A stretch of 64,000 nucleotides of DNA from a candidate division WWE3 bacterium RAAC2_WWE3_1 (GCA_000503835.1 CP006914.1:465680-529679); one strand, 5' to 3'; positions 54,577-63,999 are shown, counted from the stretch's first letter. Numbers and translations are program-made. Notes: generated by a model from the letters alone, not told the origin.

Positions 54577-55059
54577 TTCGATGTAAGGAATTTCCGTGGT
54601 TGATAGATCGTTTGAGTACCTGTGGCAGTGCTCCTTTATATTCTTAAATATCTGCTCCGATCTTTTAATTATAAATAGATCTTTGTCAAGACTCGCCTCA
54701 CTGCCTGTTTTTTCGGGCGGCAGATACTCAACATTCCACACATCGTGATTCCTATCCTTATAACCCAACCTTTTTTTGCTGTAATCATGGGAGGCCTCGT
54801 CCAAAAATATAACATGGTCCTGTTTTTCCAAAATCTCTTTTGTGGTAATTAAAGGAGTGTCGGACATATAGGGGGTCAGTTGATGGTCCACTAAAATCTT
54901 CATCGCGTACCACGCAATCGGGCCGTTTATCTCTTTCTCATACTTTATGCCTGAGGAAGAAATCTGGATATTTTTGTGCTTTCTCAAAAGGAATTTAAGA
55001 TAGGCTTCGGCTAGCCGGGATCTGAAAACATGCCCGTAACTTACAAAATGAATGTTCAT
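54565..55059 (-). CDS. Low-molecular-weight protein-tyrosine-phosphatase/ArsC-fold protein lacking the catalytic Cys
   Basis: IHFVSYGHVFRSRLAEAY in place of the canonical FVCxGNxCRSxxAE; SSSG; W..E..P. Confidence 0.75.
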   Translation of the reverse strand: MNIHFVSYGHVFRSRLAEAYLKFLLRKHKNIQISSSGIKYEKEINGPIAWYAMKILVDHQLTPYMSDTPLITTKEILEKQDHVIFLDEASHDYSKKRLGYKDRNHDVWNVEYLPPEKTGSEASLDKDLFIIKRSEQIFKNIKEHCHRYSNDLSTTEIPYIESLY

Positions 55060-55092
55060 TATAAATAATTCTAACGCTTTTCCCGCCTAACT

Positions 55093-55902
55093 TTAAATAC
55101 CCAAAAAATTCATTATCAGGTAGCGAACAACCAGCGGTCCCGCTCCCCCGGGGGACATCGAAACCAGGCCAAGATGATCCAGGGACGAGTTTTGATCAAG
55201 ATCTCCTGTGGTTTTGCCGTCTTTTATTGTGGACCCGAAGTCCACAACGTCGCAACCTGCCGGGATGTCCTCTCCTCTTACTAATTCCGGAATTCCGGCT
55301 GACAAGAGCAATAGGTCGGCTTCTATTTTTTGACCTGTCCGATAATCATCTATAACAGTAATCCGGTAATTTTTTGACTTTAAATAATGGGCCGCAGGCT
55401 TCCCGACAAGATATCCCTCTCCTATTACTACGGCTTTTAGGGACGTTGCGATCGGATTTTTGCCTGTTTCAGAGATAAAAAGTTCCAAGGCTCTAATTAC
55501 AGGCAGTATTTTGTGGGGACGCCCGGCGTAAAAAGCCTCCATTGAGAATGGCGAGATGGCATCTATATCTTTTTCCGCGGGGATAAGCCTCAAACAGGGA
55601 TCGAGAGACGGGCGCGGTAACGGTAGCTGGATAATCCCCCCGGCAGTGTTTGGACTCGATAACACCCCGAAAACTTTTTTGAAAATGTCCCCGTCTTTAA
55701 GCCTTGCATCAATCCTGTATATACCGCACTTTATACCCTTACTGTCGCAATATTTCTTTTTTATAGATATATATTTCTCGGAAGCTTCGTTGTCCCCTAT
55801 TAATATTATTGCCAACTCCCCTGCTACCGGATCCCCGGATAGATGTTCCAATATTTGGGCGTCCAGAATTGTTGCTTTATCCCTGCCGTTAAAAATGTTC
55901 AC
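55093..55902 (-). CDS. folD: Methylenetetrahydrofolate dehydrogenase/cyclohydrolase, divergent
   Basis: ASEKYISIK, GIIQLPLP, EKDID, LVGKP, VVDFG, GD, PGGAGP. Confidence 0.85.
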   Translation of the reverse strand: MNIFNGRDKATILDAQILEHLSGDPVAGELAIILIGDNEASEKYISIKKKYCDSKGIKCGIYRIDARLKDGDIFKKVFGVLSSPNTAGGIIQLPLPRPSLDPCLRLIPAEKDIDAISPFSMEAFYAGRPHKILPVIRALELFISETGKNPIATSLKAVVIGEGYLVGKPAAHYLKSKNYRITVIDDYRTGQKIEADLLLLSAGIPELVRGEDIPAGCDVVDFGSTIKDGKTTGDLDQNSSLDHLGLVSMSPGGAGPLVVRYLIMNFLGI

Positions 55903-55948
55903 ACGGAAATATTATCACAAAGGCACAGAGAAACGATGAAAATAAAAC

Positions 55949-55980
55949 AAAAAAACCCGGCTAAAATTAAGCAGGGTTTA
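55949..55980 (-). terminator. Intrinsic terminator of the 6S-like RNA
   Basis: AACCCTGCT...AGCCGGGTT followed by a T-run on the minus strand. Confidence 0.7.
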
Positions 55981-55990
55981 AATAATTCCT

Positions 55991-56140
55991 GCCCGGTGTG
56001 TCGGGCCGCTGAGACGGATCCCCGTTTATAGAAAAGTGGGCATTTGGAGCGGAAACTTTCGAATCCGTTACCGCGTAACCCTCTTTCACGAGAGTCGTAG
56101 AGGAAATCTATGACTCTCAGCTTAAACGATCACACTAGGC
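55991..56140 (-). ncRNA. ssrS: Probable 6S RNA
   Basis: Own promoter (TTGACT...TGCTAATCT, 56171-56198) and terminator, no credible ORF. Terminal stem GCCTAGTGTGATCG / CGACACACCGGGC resembles the 6S closing-stem consensus; inner stem GCTGAGA/TCTCAGC; CCCAC...CGGGG hairpin on the 3' side. Confidence 0.65.
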
Positions 56141-56236
56141 TTAAAACGATATCTCACGATATCTATGTATAGATTAGCATTTATGGAAAACAAGTCAAAG
56201 GAAAGGTGCCGGACAAAATGCCTTTAAATAGGCGGA

Positions 56237-56845
56237 TCAGGCTGTCAGACCAAGTAATTTGGTTAATATACCAACAACCGGCAATACAATTTTTTGGAAC
56301 GAATCGGTAAAGATGAACACGACCAGGATTATTATCCCGTACGGCTGCATTTGATACCACTGGATGGCTAAATTGTTAGGCAATAAACCGCCTACAATCT
56401 TAAAACCATCTAAGGGATGGAAAGGCATCAGGTTAAAGACACCCAGCATTAGATTGTAAAAAACCAAAAGATACAATGCTCCCCCAACCATAGAGCCGGA
56501 GCTTACGAATTTCAGGATGACCGCCGCGAGCACTGCGAGAATAAAATTAGATCCCGGTCCTGCCAAGGCAATTAGCGCGGAATCTCTCTTCGGGTATTTT
56601 AAGTTTCCCGGGTTAAAAGGAACCGGTCTTCCCCACCCAAATCCTGCTACTACAAGAAGAAGCATTCCAAGGGGGTCGACGTGTGCCCGGGGGTTCAAAG
56701 TAACTCTACCCAACTGCCTGGCAGTGGGGTCTCCGAGCTTATCCGACACCCAAGCGTGCGCGAACTCATGGACCGAAAGTGACACCACTAAAGCAATTAG
56801 TACTACTGCGAAAATAACGGGACTTTGAGCAAGTAGATCCAGCAT
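56237..56845 (-). CDS. Site-2 protease family (M50) membrane metalloprotease
   Basis: HEFAH, GRVTLNP, GWGRPV, ALAGP, FNLMPFHPLDG. Confidence 0.93.
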   Translation of the reverse strand: MLDLLAQSPVIFAVVLIALVVSLSVHEFAHAWVSDKLGDPTARQLGRVTLNPRAHVDPLGMLLLVVAGFGWGRPVPFNPGNLKYPKRDSALIALAGPGSNFILAVLAAVILKFVSSGSMVGGALYLLVFYNLMLGVFNLMPFHPLDGFKIVGGLLPNNLAIQWYQMQPYGIIILVVFIFTDSFQKIVLPVVGILTKLLGLTA

Positions 56846-56985
56846 GTTGGAAATTATACCATTGGGGTTCAATAAAATTTACCCGCCCCTCTTACTTGTA
56901 CTATAGGTTGACTTATCAGGGTTGCAGGCTTATAATGCACAGAGCAAATCGGCTAATCACACTATTCTCACAATTCGGAGGAGAA

Positions 56986-57576
56986 ATGAAACAAACTACA
57001 ATCTTAGTCCTGTTTTTTGTTTTTTTGTTGGTCGCAACGGCAGTTCTTACATACGATACTTTCGTTCCGTATGTTGTTGAATCGGCACCGCAAAAACGGT
57101 ACGAAACACCGGCATACAGAGCGGTCGTAGAAATAGTCGGTAGCGCTTCCAACAGCGACGGATCGGATTTTAAGTTATCCCTAAGCACCTACAGCACCGG
57201 GATTTCTCAAGAATCGGCAGTTTTGTTAACAAACGCTTTAGGCAGCATCGGGCAGGAAGAATACCTTCAAAGAGGCTTTATTCTTTCCCGTACAGCATCC
57301 AGGCAGGTAGTAAATATGCACGTACCGCTTGTTGCAGCTCTTCCTGAAGCAGGAGACGCCGCACTGTTAAAAATTTACAATGACGGGTGCGCGCAACTGT
57401 CTTTTCAAGGTGGATTACCGATAGACCGTGCAGACCGCAAGTACACTGTTTGCAACTCTATTTGCAGCTGTGCTCTGACGGAAACCAGGTCATCCAAGCT
57501 ATCCATGAACCCTGTCGGTAGAGCATTTTCAAGCATGCTTGATAACTTATTCGGCAGTCCGATTTCTTTCCCTTAG
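56986..57576 (+). CDS. Hypothetical membrane-anchored protein (ORFan)
   Basis: TTGACT-17-TATAAT promoter at about 56908-56936, GGAGGAG SD, TM helix, Cys cluster, terminator downstream. Confidence 0.7.
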   Translation: MKQTTILVLFFVFLLVATAVLTYDTFVPYVVESAPQKRYETPAYRAVVEIVGSASNSDGSDFKLSLSTYSTGISQESAVLLTNALGSIGQEEYLQRGFILSRTASRQVVNMHVPLVAALPEAGDAALLKIYNDGCAQLSFQGGLPIDRADRKYTVCNSICSCALTETRSSKLSMNPVGRAFSSMLDNLFGSPISFP

Positions 57577-57579
57577 TGG

Positions 57580-57618
57580 AAAGGCCCCCAACTCTTACAT
57601 CATTGGGGGCCTTTTTTT
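57580..57618 (+). terminator. Intrinsic terminator
   Basis: AAAGGCCCCCAA...TTGGGGGCCTTTTTTT. Confidence 0.8.
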
Positions 57619-57698
57619 GGCTGTACCTCAGCTAAGTGGAACGCGATAAACCCGCAAAATTGTTGTTCCCTGGGGCAAAAAATGCTAAAATCCTGAAC

Positions 57699-57884
57699 GT
57701 GGACAAGGTGCAAAATTTCCTGGTATCTTCATACGAAGAACTCAAACGCGTCACGTGGCCTTCCAAAAAGGACACTATCCGCTTGACTGGCTATGTCATA
57801 GGTGTTAGCTTTGGGGTCGGCCTATTTGTGATGTTTTTGGATTTTATATTTGCACAATTGTTAACCTTTTTGTTAACTAACTAA
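57699..57884 (+). CDS. secE: Preprotein translocase subunit SecE
   Basis: ELKRVTWPS, one TM; precedes nusG. Confidence 0.93.
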   Translation: MDKVQNFLVSSYEELKRVTWPSKKDTIRLTGYVIGVSFGVGLFVMFLDFIFAQLLTFLLTN

Positions 57885-57886
57885 AA

Positions 57887-58504
57887 ATGGACGAACAAAA
57901 TAAAGACACAACCGAAAATACGGACGACGCCGGTAAAAACCAGGAAGACAACGTCATTGTGGTAAACGCCGATGTCTCTCCTTTGGCGCACTGGTATGTC
58001 GTGCACACTTACTCCGGACACGAAAATAAAGTGGCGATAACTCTAAAACAGCGCGCGGAAGCAGGCGGTTTTACCGACAGGATTTTTAAAATATTCGTGC
58101 CGCATCAACAGAAGATAGTTGTGTCTGAAGGGAAAAAAAGATCCGTTGAGGAAAAGCTTTTTCCGGGGTACATGATGGTTCTCATGTCAATGGATGACGA
58201 TAGCTGGTATATAGTCAGAACTACTCCGGGCGTCACAGGATTTGTGGGCATGGGTACCACACCCACTCCGCTGGCAGAGTCCGAAGTTAAAACTCTGATG
58301 AAATTTGCTAAAATGGAAGCTCCTAAGTTTGAAGCGAAATTCAGCGTGGGAGACTCGGTCAGAGTGGCCGAAGGTCCTTTTAAAGACTTTTTAGGAAAAG
58401 TAGATGAGGTTAACGACGAACAAGGCAAGGTAAAGGTACTCGTGTCAGTATTTGGCAGGGAAACACCTTTGGAGTTGGACTTCACACAGGTAGTACAATT
58501 GTAA
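57887..58504 (+). CDS. nusG: Transcription termination/antitermination factor NusG
   Basis: WYVVHTYSGHE, FPGY, TPGVTGFVG, KOW, FGRETPLEL. Confidence 0.98.
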   Translation: MDEQNKDTTENTDDAGKNQEDNVIVVNADVSPLAHWYVVHTYSGHENKVAITLKQRAEAGGFTDRIFKIFVPHQQKIVVSEGKKRSVEEKLFPGYMMVLMSMDDDSWYIVRTTPGVTGFVGMGTTPTPLAESEVKTLMKFAKMEAPKFEAKFSVGDSVRVAEGPFKDFLGKVDEVNDEQGKVKVLVSVFGRETPLELDFTQVVQL

Positions 58505-58525
58505 TTTATTAATAGGAATTTTAAA

Positions 58526-58966
58526 ATGGCAGAACCGAAAAAAGGTAAAAAAATAAAAGCAATAGTCAAACTGGCAATCCAGGGTGGGAAAGCAAATCCA
58601 GCACCTCCGGTGGGTCCGGCTCTAGGACAGCACGGCGTGCCCATAATGGAATTCTGCAAGGAATTCAACGCAAGAACATCTAATACACCGGATGACATAA
58701 TACCTGCCATTTTGACAGTATATGAAGACAGGACATTCACTTTTATCACGAAGACACCGGTGACTGCTCACCTAATCAAGAAAGCTCTGAAGACACAGAA
58801 AGGCAGCCCCGTTCCGAATAAACAGAAGGTCGGAGTTTTATCCAGGAAGCAGGCTGAAGAGATTGCTCAGGTCAAAATGCCCGATCTTAATACCAAAGAT
58901 CTAAAACAGGCAGTTAAAGTCGTAGAAGGCACCGCACGCTCAATGGGTGTCGATGTGGAGAAATAA
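58526..58966 (+). CDS. rplK: 50S ribosomal protein L11
   Basis: [27 protein letters not shown]. Confidence 0.98.
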   Translation: MAEPKKGKKIKAIVKLAIQGGKANPAPPVGPALGQHGVPIMEFCKEFNARTSNTPDDIIPAILTVYEDRTFTFITKTPVTAHLIKKALKTQKGSPVPNKQKVGVLSRKQAEEIAQVKMPDLNTKDLKQAVKVVEGTARSMGVDVEK

Positions 58967-58970
58967 TATT

Positions 58971-59597
58971 ATGGAACTAATGGAGGCAATAAAAAAAGCC
59001 AAATTGTTATCTAAGGAAAAATTCGATGCCACAGTCGAAATTCATATAAATCTGGACCTGGATTCAAAAAAACAGGACCAGCCCGTGAGATTTTCACTAA
59101 CCCTACCCAATGGAACAGGCAAGACAAAAAAGGTTGCAGTTCTGGCAAGCAAAAAAGTTACCGGCGCAGACCTGGAGTTGAAAGAGTCTGACATAGAATT
59201 AATACAAAAAGGTCAGATAAAACCTAGGATCGACTTTGACACTCTCGTGACAGAGCCTGCTTTCATGCCAAAACTTGCCAAAGTTGCCAAGATTTTGGGA
59301 CCTGCGGGAGTTATGCCCAACCCTAAGACCGGCACCGTGACCGAGGATGCCGAAAAAGCCGTGAGCGAGATTAAAAAAGGACGTTTAGACGTTAAAACGG
59401 AAAAAGATCTTCCTATGATTCATACCATAATAGGGAAAAGGTCTTTCACTGAAAAACAATTATCAGAAAATTTCATGGAGTTGTACAAAACTCTCAAACA
59501 AAGCAAACCCACAAAAGCCTCGCCGGAATGGATAAAAAGTATCTTCATCAGTACATCAATGGGACAGTCCGTTAAGGTTGACCACGCTAATCTCTGA
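58971..59597 (+). CDS. rplA: 50S ribosomal protein L1
   Basis: KFDATVE, LPNGTGK, ILGPAGVMPNPKTGT, STSMG. Confidence 0.96.
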   Translation: MELMEAIKKAKLLSKEKFDATVEIHINLDLDSKKQDQPVRFSLTLPNGTGKTKKVAVLASKKVTGADLELKESDIELIQKGQIKPRIDFDTLVTEPAFMPKLAKVAKILGPAGVMPNPKTGTVTEDAEKAVSEIKKGRLDVKTEKDLPMIHTIIGKRSFTEKQLSENFMELYKTLKQSKPTKASPEWIKSIFISTSMGQSVKVDHANL

Positions 59598-59649
59598 TGT
59601 CTCCCTGCACAATCTCCTGTGTAAAAGAGACGATAATTATCACTTACTA

Positions 59650-59910
59650 TCATATACCGACGTACACACTTACTTTGTTCGACATCGCATAAAGTATCCC
59701 CTTATCTATGTCAAACTGTCGCTCAGTTTCTTTTCCCGTATCTATAATGACATATTTTGAAATTAGGGTAATGAAATTAGCATGATACGGTAGTATGTCA
59801 AATCTACCTCGTAAATTAAAGGAGGTTACTGTGGTTGCGCTACCCTCAAAAAGAACTTTTTCTCTGGTTCTGACGCTAACTGAAAGTAATATAGTATTTT
59901 GTTCGGACAT
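59650..59910 (-). CDS. atpC: F1 ATPase epsilon-like subunit, N-terminal domain only
   Basis: GRFDILPYHANFIT corresponds to epsilon GELGILPGHAP; follows atpD. Confidence 0.7.
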   Translation of the reverse strand: MSEQNTILLSVSVRTREKVLFEGSATTVTSFNLRGRFDILPYHANFITLISKYVIIDTGKETERQFDIDKGILYAMSNKVSVYVGI

Positions 59911-59917
59911 ATAATGA

Positions 59918-61303
59918 TTATTTAGTATTTATTTCGTCAATAGACCCTATATTCATAAACTTATCCTCAGGAACATCATCGTAGTTACCATCCATGATGT
60001 TTTTTACACCTTCAATCGTTTTATCGACAGTTACGTACACCCCGGGACGGCCGGTCTGTGCTGACGCAACATAAAAGTTTTGAGTCATATAGTTCTTTAT
60101 TTTTCGTGCTCTTTGATACAAAGTTCTATCTTCATCTGACAATTCAGATTCTCCTACTAAAGATACGATACGTTCTAATAATTCAGCTTTTTTCAGTAAA
60201 GACTTGGATGCTGTCGCTACATAATAGTGTTTAGGTGTTACATTATGCGGATTTAATGCATCAGAATCTGATTGTATGATATCAACTGCCGGAAGTCTTC
60301 CCTCACGGTAAGCGTCTCTGGAGAGCACTATCGAGGAATCCAGGTACCCAAAAACCGTCTGGGCAGCCGGGTCGAATAGGTCGTCCTCTGGCAGGTATAT
60401 TGCCTCTATAGCTGTCACAGATCTTCCGTTCTTGGCTACCAATCTCTCGTGTACACTGGCCATTTCCGAGTTTAACGTAGCCTGGTACCCATCCTCAGAA
60501 GGAATGTTGTTCATTAGCAGGGACAGCTCACTGCCTGCTTGAGCAAACCTGAAGATATTGTCTACAAATAAAAGAACGTTTTTACCGTAGTCGTCTCTAA
60601 AATATTCAGCTACCGAAGCCCCGGCAAACGCGGTTAAAAATCTGGTGGCCGGACTTTCACCCATAGCCCCAAACACAAGAGAAACCGACGGCAACACATT
60701 GGTATCCTTCAGTTCATTAAAAAGCTCGTGCCCCTCTCTGGAACGTTCGCCTACTCCACAAAACACCGAGACATTATTTTGCGGATCTTTATTAATAACG
60801 TTGTGAAGTATTTCGGTAAGTAGCATCGTCTTTCCTACTCCGGAACCGCCGAACAGGCCGACCTTTCCTCCCTGCACTAAAGGAGCATAGAGATCAACTA
60901 TTTTAATCCCCGTTTCAAGGAACTTTAAATCGGCCACGGTATCGGCATACGAAGGCGATTCGTTAAAAACGGAGGTTAGTTTGTCATACTTTATATCACC
61001 AAGACCGTCTTTGGCTTCCCCAAATACATTCATAACTCTCCCCAATATTCCTATCCCGACCGGTATTTTTAGGGTATCTCCCGTATTAACAACCGTATCC
61101 CCTCTTTTGATAGCACGAACCTTTGACAGTCCTATGCAGTAAAAGCGGGTGTTGTCAGAAGATTTCATAACCTGCATTTTAATCGACGGATCCTTTTCCA
61201 GCATTAGAACATCTCTAAGCCGGGGTCTGGGCTCGGCCATAAATTCCACTTCGACGACGGCGTCTGTGACACTTATTACTTTCCCCCTGTTATTTATTTC
61301 CAT
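59918..61303 (-). CDS. atpD: F1 ATPase beta subunit, divergent
   Basis: ETGIKIVD, FGGSGVGKT, GVGERSREG, DNIFRFAQAG, SELSDED. Confidence 0.93.
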   Translation of the reverse strand: MEINNRGKVISVTDAVVEVEFMAEPRPRLRDVLMLEKDPSIKMQVMKSSDNTRFYCIGLSKVRAIKRGDTVVNTGDTLKIPVGIGILGRVMNVFGEAKDGLGDIKYDKLTSVFNESPSYADTVADLKFLETGIKIVDLYAPLVQGGKVGLFGGSGVGKTMLLTEILHNVINKDPQNNVSVFCGVGERSREGHELFNELKDTNVLPSVSLVFGAMGESPATRFLTAFAGASVAEYFRDDYGKNVLLFVDNIFRFAQAGSELSLLMNNIPSEDGYQATLNSEMASVHERLVAKNGRSVTAIEAIYLPEDDLFDPAAQTVFGYLDSSIVLSRDAYREGRLPAVDIIQSDSDALNPHNVTPKHYYVATASKSLLKKAELLERIVSLVGESELSDEDRTLYQRARKIKNYMTQNFYVASAQTGRPGVYVTVDKTIEGVKNIMDGNYDDVPEDKFMNIGSIDEINTK

Positions 61304-62151
61304 AGACCACCTCCGGCTAAATTACCCTGAATACCTGAATTAATCGCACGATGCTGAGCCTTTTTAACATCAAAATCAACCCTGCCAATCTTCTGATTAA
61401 TATTGGCCGCAGCGCTGTCCAAACTCACCATTCTGGAAGCGAATTTGCTCAGGCTGGACTCGAACAGAGCCTGTTCAAATATAAGCGACAAAATCTGTTT
61501 TTCAAAATATTCGGCAACATTCTTGATGTTGGGTTCAAAAAGAAAAGGCACGTTGTACTCCTCAGCGCTTTCAGTTATTTTCAGAACCTCCCCGGTTACA
61601 TGTGTACTTTTAGGTTCCTGGGAAAGGATACTTCTGAAAACTCCATGATAGACAACAACTTCGGAATAAGCGGACACGTGACTGACTACTCCTTTTAAAG
61701 CCCTTTCATCTACGCCTGTATCCGAAATTTCAAAGAACGTGTAAGGACGTTTAGCGCCTGAACCGTCGAAAAGGTTCTTCCCTAGCCTACCCGCTACTAC
61801 CAAATCAGCATCTTTATTTTTGGCAACGTCTGTCATAAAAAGATCGAAAGTTTTTCTAATGATGTCCCCGTACAGACCGGTATTAGAGGACAGAAACACC
61901 AGGGCAGTCTTTCCGTTTGTATTTAGGATTTCCTGCTTACTTCCCTTCTTGACGGTCTTTTTAAAAACTTTGTATGAAAAAGCGATATACGCGAAGGCTT
62001 CGTTTAACCCCTGCATAAACTCACGGCGTTTTAACACCGATTTCTTAACCTTCCTCATTCTCAGCGCCGATATCTCTTCGTACGCCTCGACCATGATCAG
62101 AAACTCTTCTAACGAGATTAATTCTTCTTTAAGTTCTTTTATACGTTTCAT
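61294..62151 (-). CDS. atpG: F1 ATPase gamma subunit, divergent
   Basis: SSNTGLYG, LFEP, SKFASRM..D.A..N; lies between atpA and atpD. Confidence 0.85.
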   Translation of the reverse strand: MKRIKELKEELISLEEFLIMVEAYEEISALRMRKVKKSVLKRREFMQGLNEAFAYIAFSYKVFKKTVKKGSKQEILNTNGKTALVFLSSNTGLYGDIIRKTFDLFMTDVAKNKDADLVVAGRLGKNLFDGSGAKRPYTFFEISDTGVDERALKGVVSHVSAYSEVVVYHGVFRSILSQEPKSTHVTGEVLKITESAEEYNVPFLFEPNIKNVAEYFEKQILSLIFEQALFESSLSKFASRMVSLDSAAANINQKIGRVDFDVKKAQHRAINSGIQGNLAGGGLWK

Positions 62152-62153
62152 AG

Positions 62154-63659
62154 TTAAATCACTGCTTTGTCTAATATAGCAAGAATATCCTTGTACTTAG
62201 CACTTACCTTCCCCAACAGCTGGTTAAAATCCGAGCATGAATTTATTATTTCGTCTATGCTAGTTCGGAAACTCTCCTCTTTATCATATAATTTCTGCGC
62301 CTGTGTGATATAAAATTTGATTTTGCCTTCAGACTCTTCTTTTAAAATCCCTGTCCATATGAGTGTAAATAGTATGATTTGTACATTAATAGACAGTATT
62401 TCTTCCAGAGCCTGATCAAAGAAGAAATTGATATTGCCCCCCATCTCAAGTGTGGACTTAATACCCTCGTTTATTTCTGCCCCGAAATGGATAAATCTTT
62501 CCGTTTTACTATGAAGTACCATGAAGCTGGATAGCTCTCTGTTTATACCCCACCTTACTTTACTCTGCGTCTGGCGTCCTACCCTTGTAACAGACAAAAA
62601 ATAATTTATAGCCGGGCGTTTACCTGCCTTATATAAGTCCTGGTCAAAAAAGATATGCCCGTCCGTAATTGACATGAGGTTTGTCTGAATATATCCTGAT
62701 ATGTCACCCCCTATAGTTTCGCATACGGGAAGACAGGTGATGGCGGCAGTTTTACCGTCCGGCAACCTGTAATTCCCCGCCCTCTCCAACAGACGTGCGT
62801 GAGCGTAGAATACATCCCCGGGGTAGGAATCCCTGCCCGGAAATTTCTTTGAGATCAGTGACATCTCCCTGTAATATTTGGCGTGATTTGTAAGATCGTC
62901 GAGTATCAAAAGAACATCCCTGCCTTTAGAACAAAAATATTCAGCGATTGTCATAGCTGTATATGGGGCGATGAAGATTTTGGCAATAGGGTCCGAGGAA
63001 CTTGCTCCAACGATTACACTGTTTCGGGAAATACCGTGACCCCATAGGAACATCTCTACCTCCTTTATGGAGTGCTTTTTCTTACCTATTCCGGCGTAGA
63101 TGCAAACAGCTCCTTTCTTTGCCTGAGAGAGCATAGACTGCATGACAAAAGTTGTCTTGCCTATATTTCTGTCTCCTATAACCAGCTCCCTCTGACCTTT
63201 GCCCAACGGAATCAGAAAATCGACCATAGATAGACCTGTCTCCAAAGGCTCGCGTACCCTCTCTCTTATGTCTATTCCGGGGGGAGCTATGTCTATTCCC
63301 CTTTTTTCGGTCAGTCCGGGGGTTATAACTCCATCTTTTAGTGAAAAACCAAGAGGATCTATGACACTCCCCAATAAAGATTCGCCCACACCAATCTCCA
63401 GGGGACTGCCCGTCCGGCAAACCTTCGTTCCTACCAATATCATGTCATTAGTAAAGAGGAGTACCTCGGCGAAATCTCCTGCTAAAGCCATTACCACCCC
63501 CATGTACCCGTTCTCGGAATAGATAATTTCCCATACCCCGGCCCCCGGGATACCGGACACGTGCGCAATGGGGTGTTGAACTTTTTCGATAAATCCGACC
63601 TCTCCTGTTTGCTCCAGGTATTGGTTAAATTTTTGTCTACTTTCTTCCTGGTTTATCAT
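62154..63659 (-). CDS. atpA: F1 ATPase alpha subunit, divergent
   Basis: PLGKGQRELVIGDRNIGKT, DDLTNHA, PGRDSYPGDVFYAHARLLERA, SITDGHIF. Confidence 0.93.
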   Translation of the reverse strand: MINQEESRQKFNQYLEQTGEVGFIEKVQHPIAHVSGIPGAGVWEIIYSENGYMGVVMALAGDFAEVLLFTNDMILVGTKVCRTGSPLEIGVGESLLGSVIDPLGFSLKDGVITPGLTEKRGIDIAPPGIDIRERVREPLETGLSMVDFLIPLGKGQRELVIGDRNIGKTTFVMQSMLSQAKKGAVCIYAGIGKKKHSIKEVEMFLWGHGISRNSVIVGASSSDPIAKIFIAPYTAMTIAEYFCSKGRDVLLILDDLTNHAKYYREMSLISKKFPGRDSYPGDVFYAHARLLERAGNYRLPDGKTAAITCLPVCETIGGDISGYIQTNLMSITDGHIFFDQDLYKAGKRPAINYFLSVTRVGRQTQSKVRWGINRELSSFMVLHSKTERFIHFGAEINEGIKSTLEMGGNINFFFDQALEEILSINVQIILFTLIWTGILKEESEGKIKFYITQAQKLYDKEESFRTSIDEIINSCSDFNQLLGKVSAKYKDILAILDKAVI

Positions 63660-63660
63660 T

Positions 63661-63999
63661 TCAAATATTAAAATTGAATTCCTTCATTTTCTCTTTTATC
63701 AAATCGAACATTGAAATATCTATAAAATTTCCGTTGTGATAAAAACGTGCTCCGGTCCCTGTCTCGGGTACAATCGTAAACTCCAGCAAAAAATTTTGGT
63801 ACCCCAGTGTTGAGAAGATCTCGTGCAATCCTGACAAAAAATCTTTAGACGGAGTGTATGACATTTCAACCCTTAATCTGTCAGAATGCTTGATGAGATC
63901 TTGGGTTTCTTTTATTATTTCCCGGGTGATTCCGAAGTCTGTACCGCCTATTTGCTCAGCCAGTTCTTTAGAATAATAAGATAGTTTACCGAAAAGCCC
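63661..63999 (-). CDS. Possible F1 delta-like subunit, runs off the window edge
   Basis: The frame is open to the window end (GLFGKLSYYSKE...). C-terminal VPETGTGARFYHNGNFIDIS resembles the delta D..I.GG......ID.S pattern; immediately upstream of atpA. Confidence 0.45.
   Translation of the reverse strand, partial: GLFGKLSYYSKELAEQIGGTDFGITREIIKETQDLIKHSDRLRVEMSYTPSKDFLSGLHEIFSTLGYQNFLLEFTIVPETGTGARFYHNGNFIDISMFDLIKEKMKEFNFNI

Noticed and set aside
58105-58749. Long antisense ORFs (also 23524-24111, 31410-31925, 50535-51071 and many shorter ones)
   Set aside because: They are shadows of well-supported genes on the opposite strand, with no motifs or independent signals.
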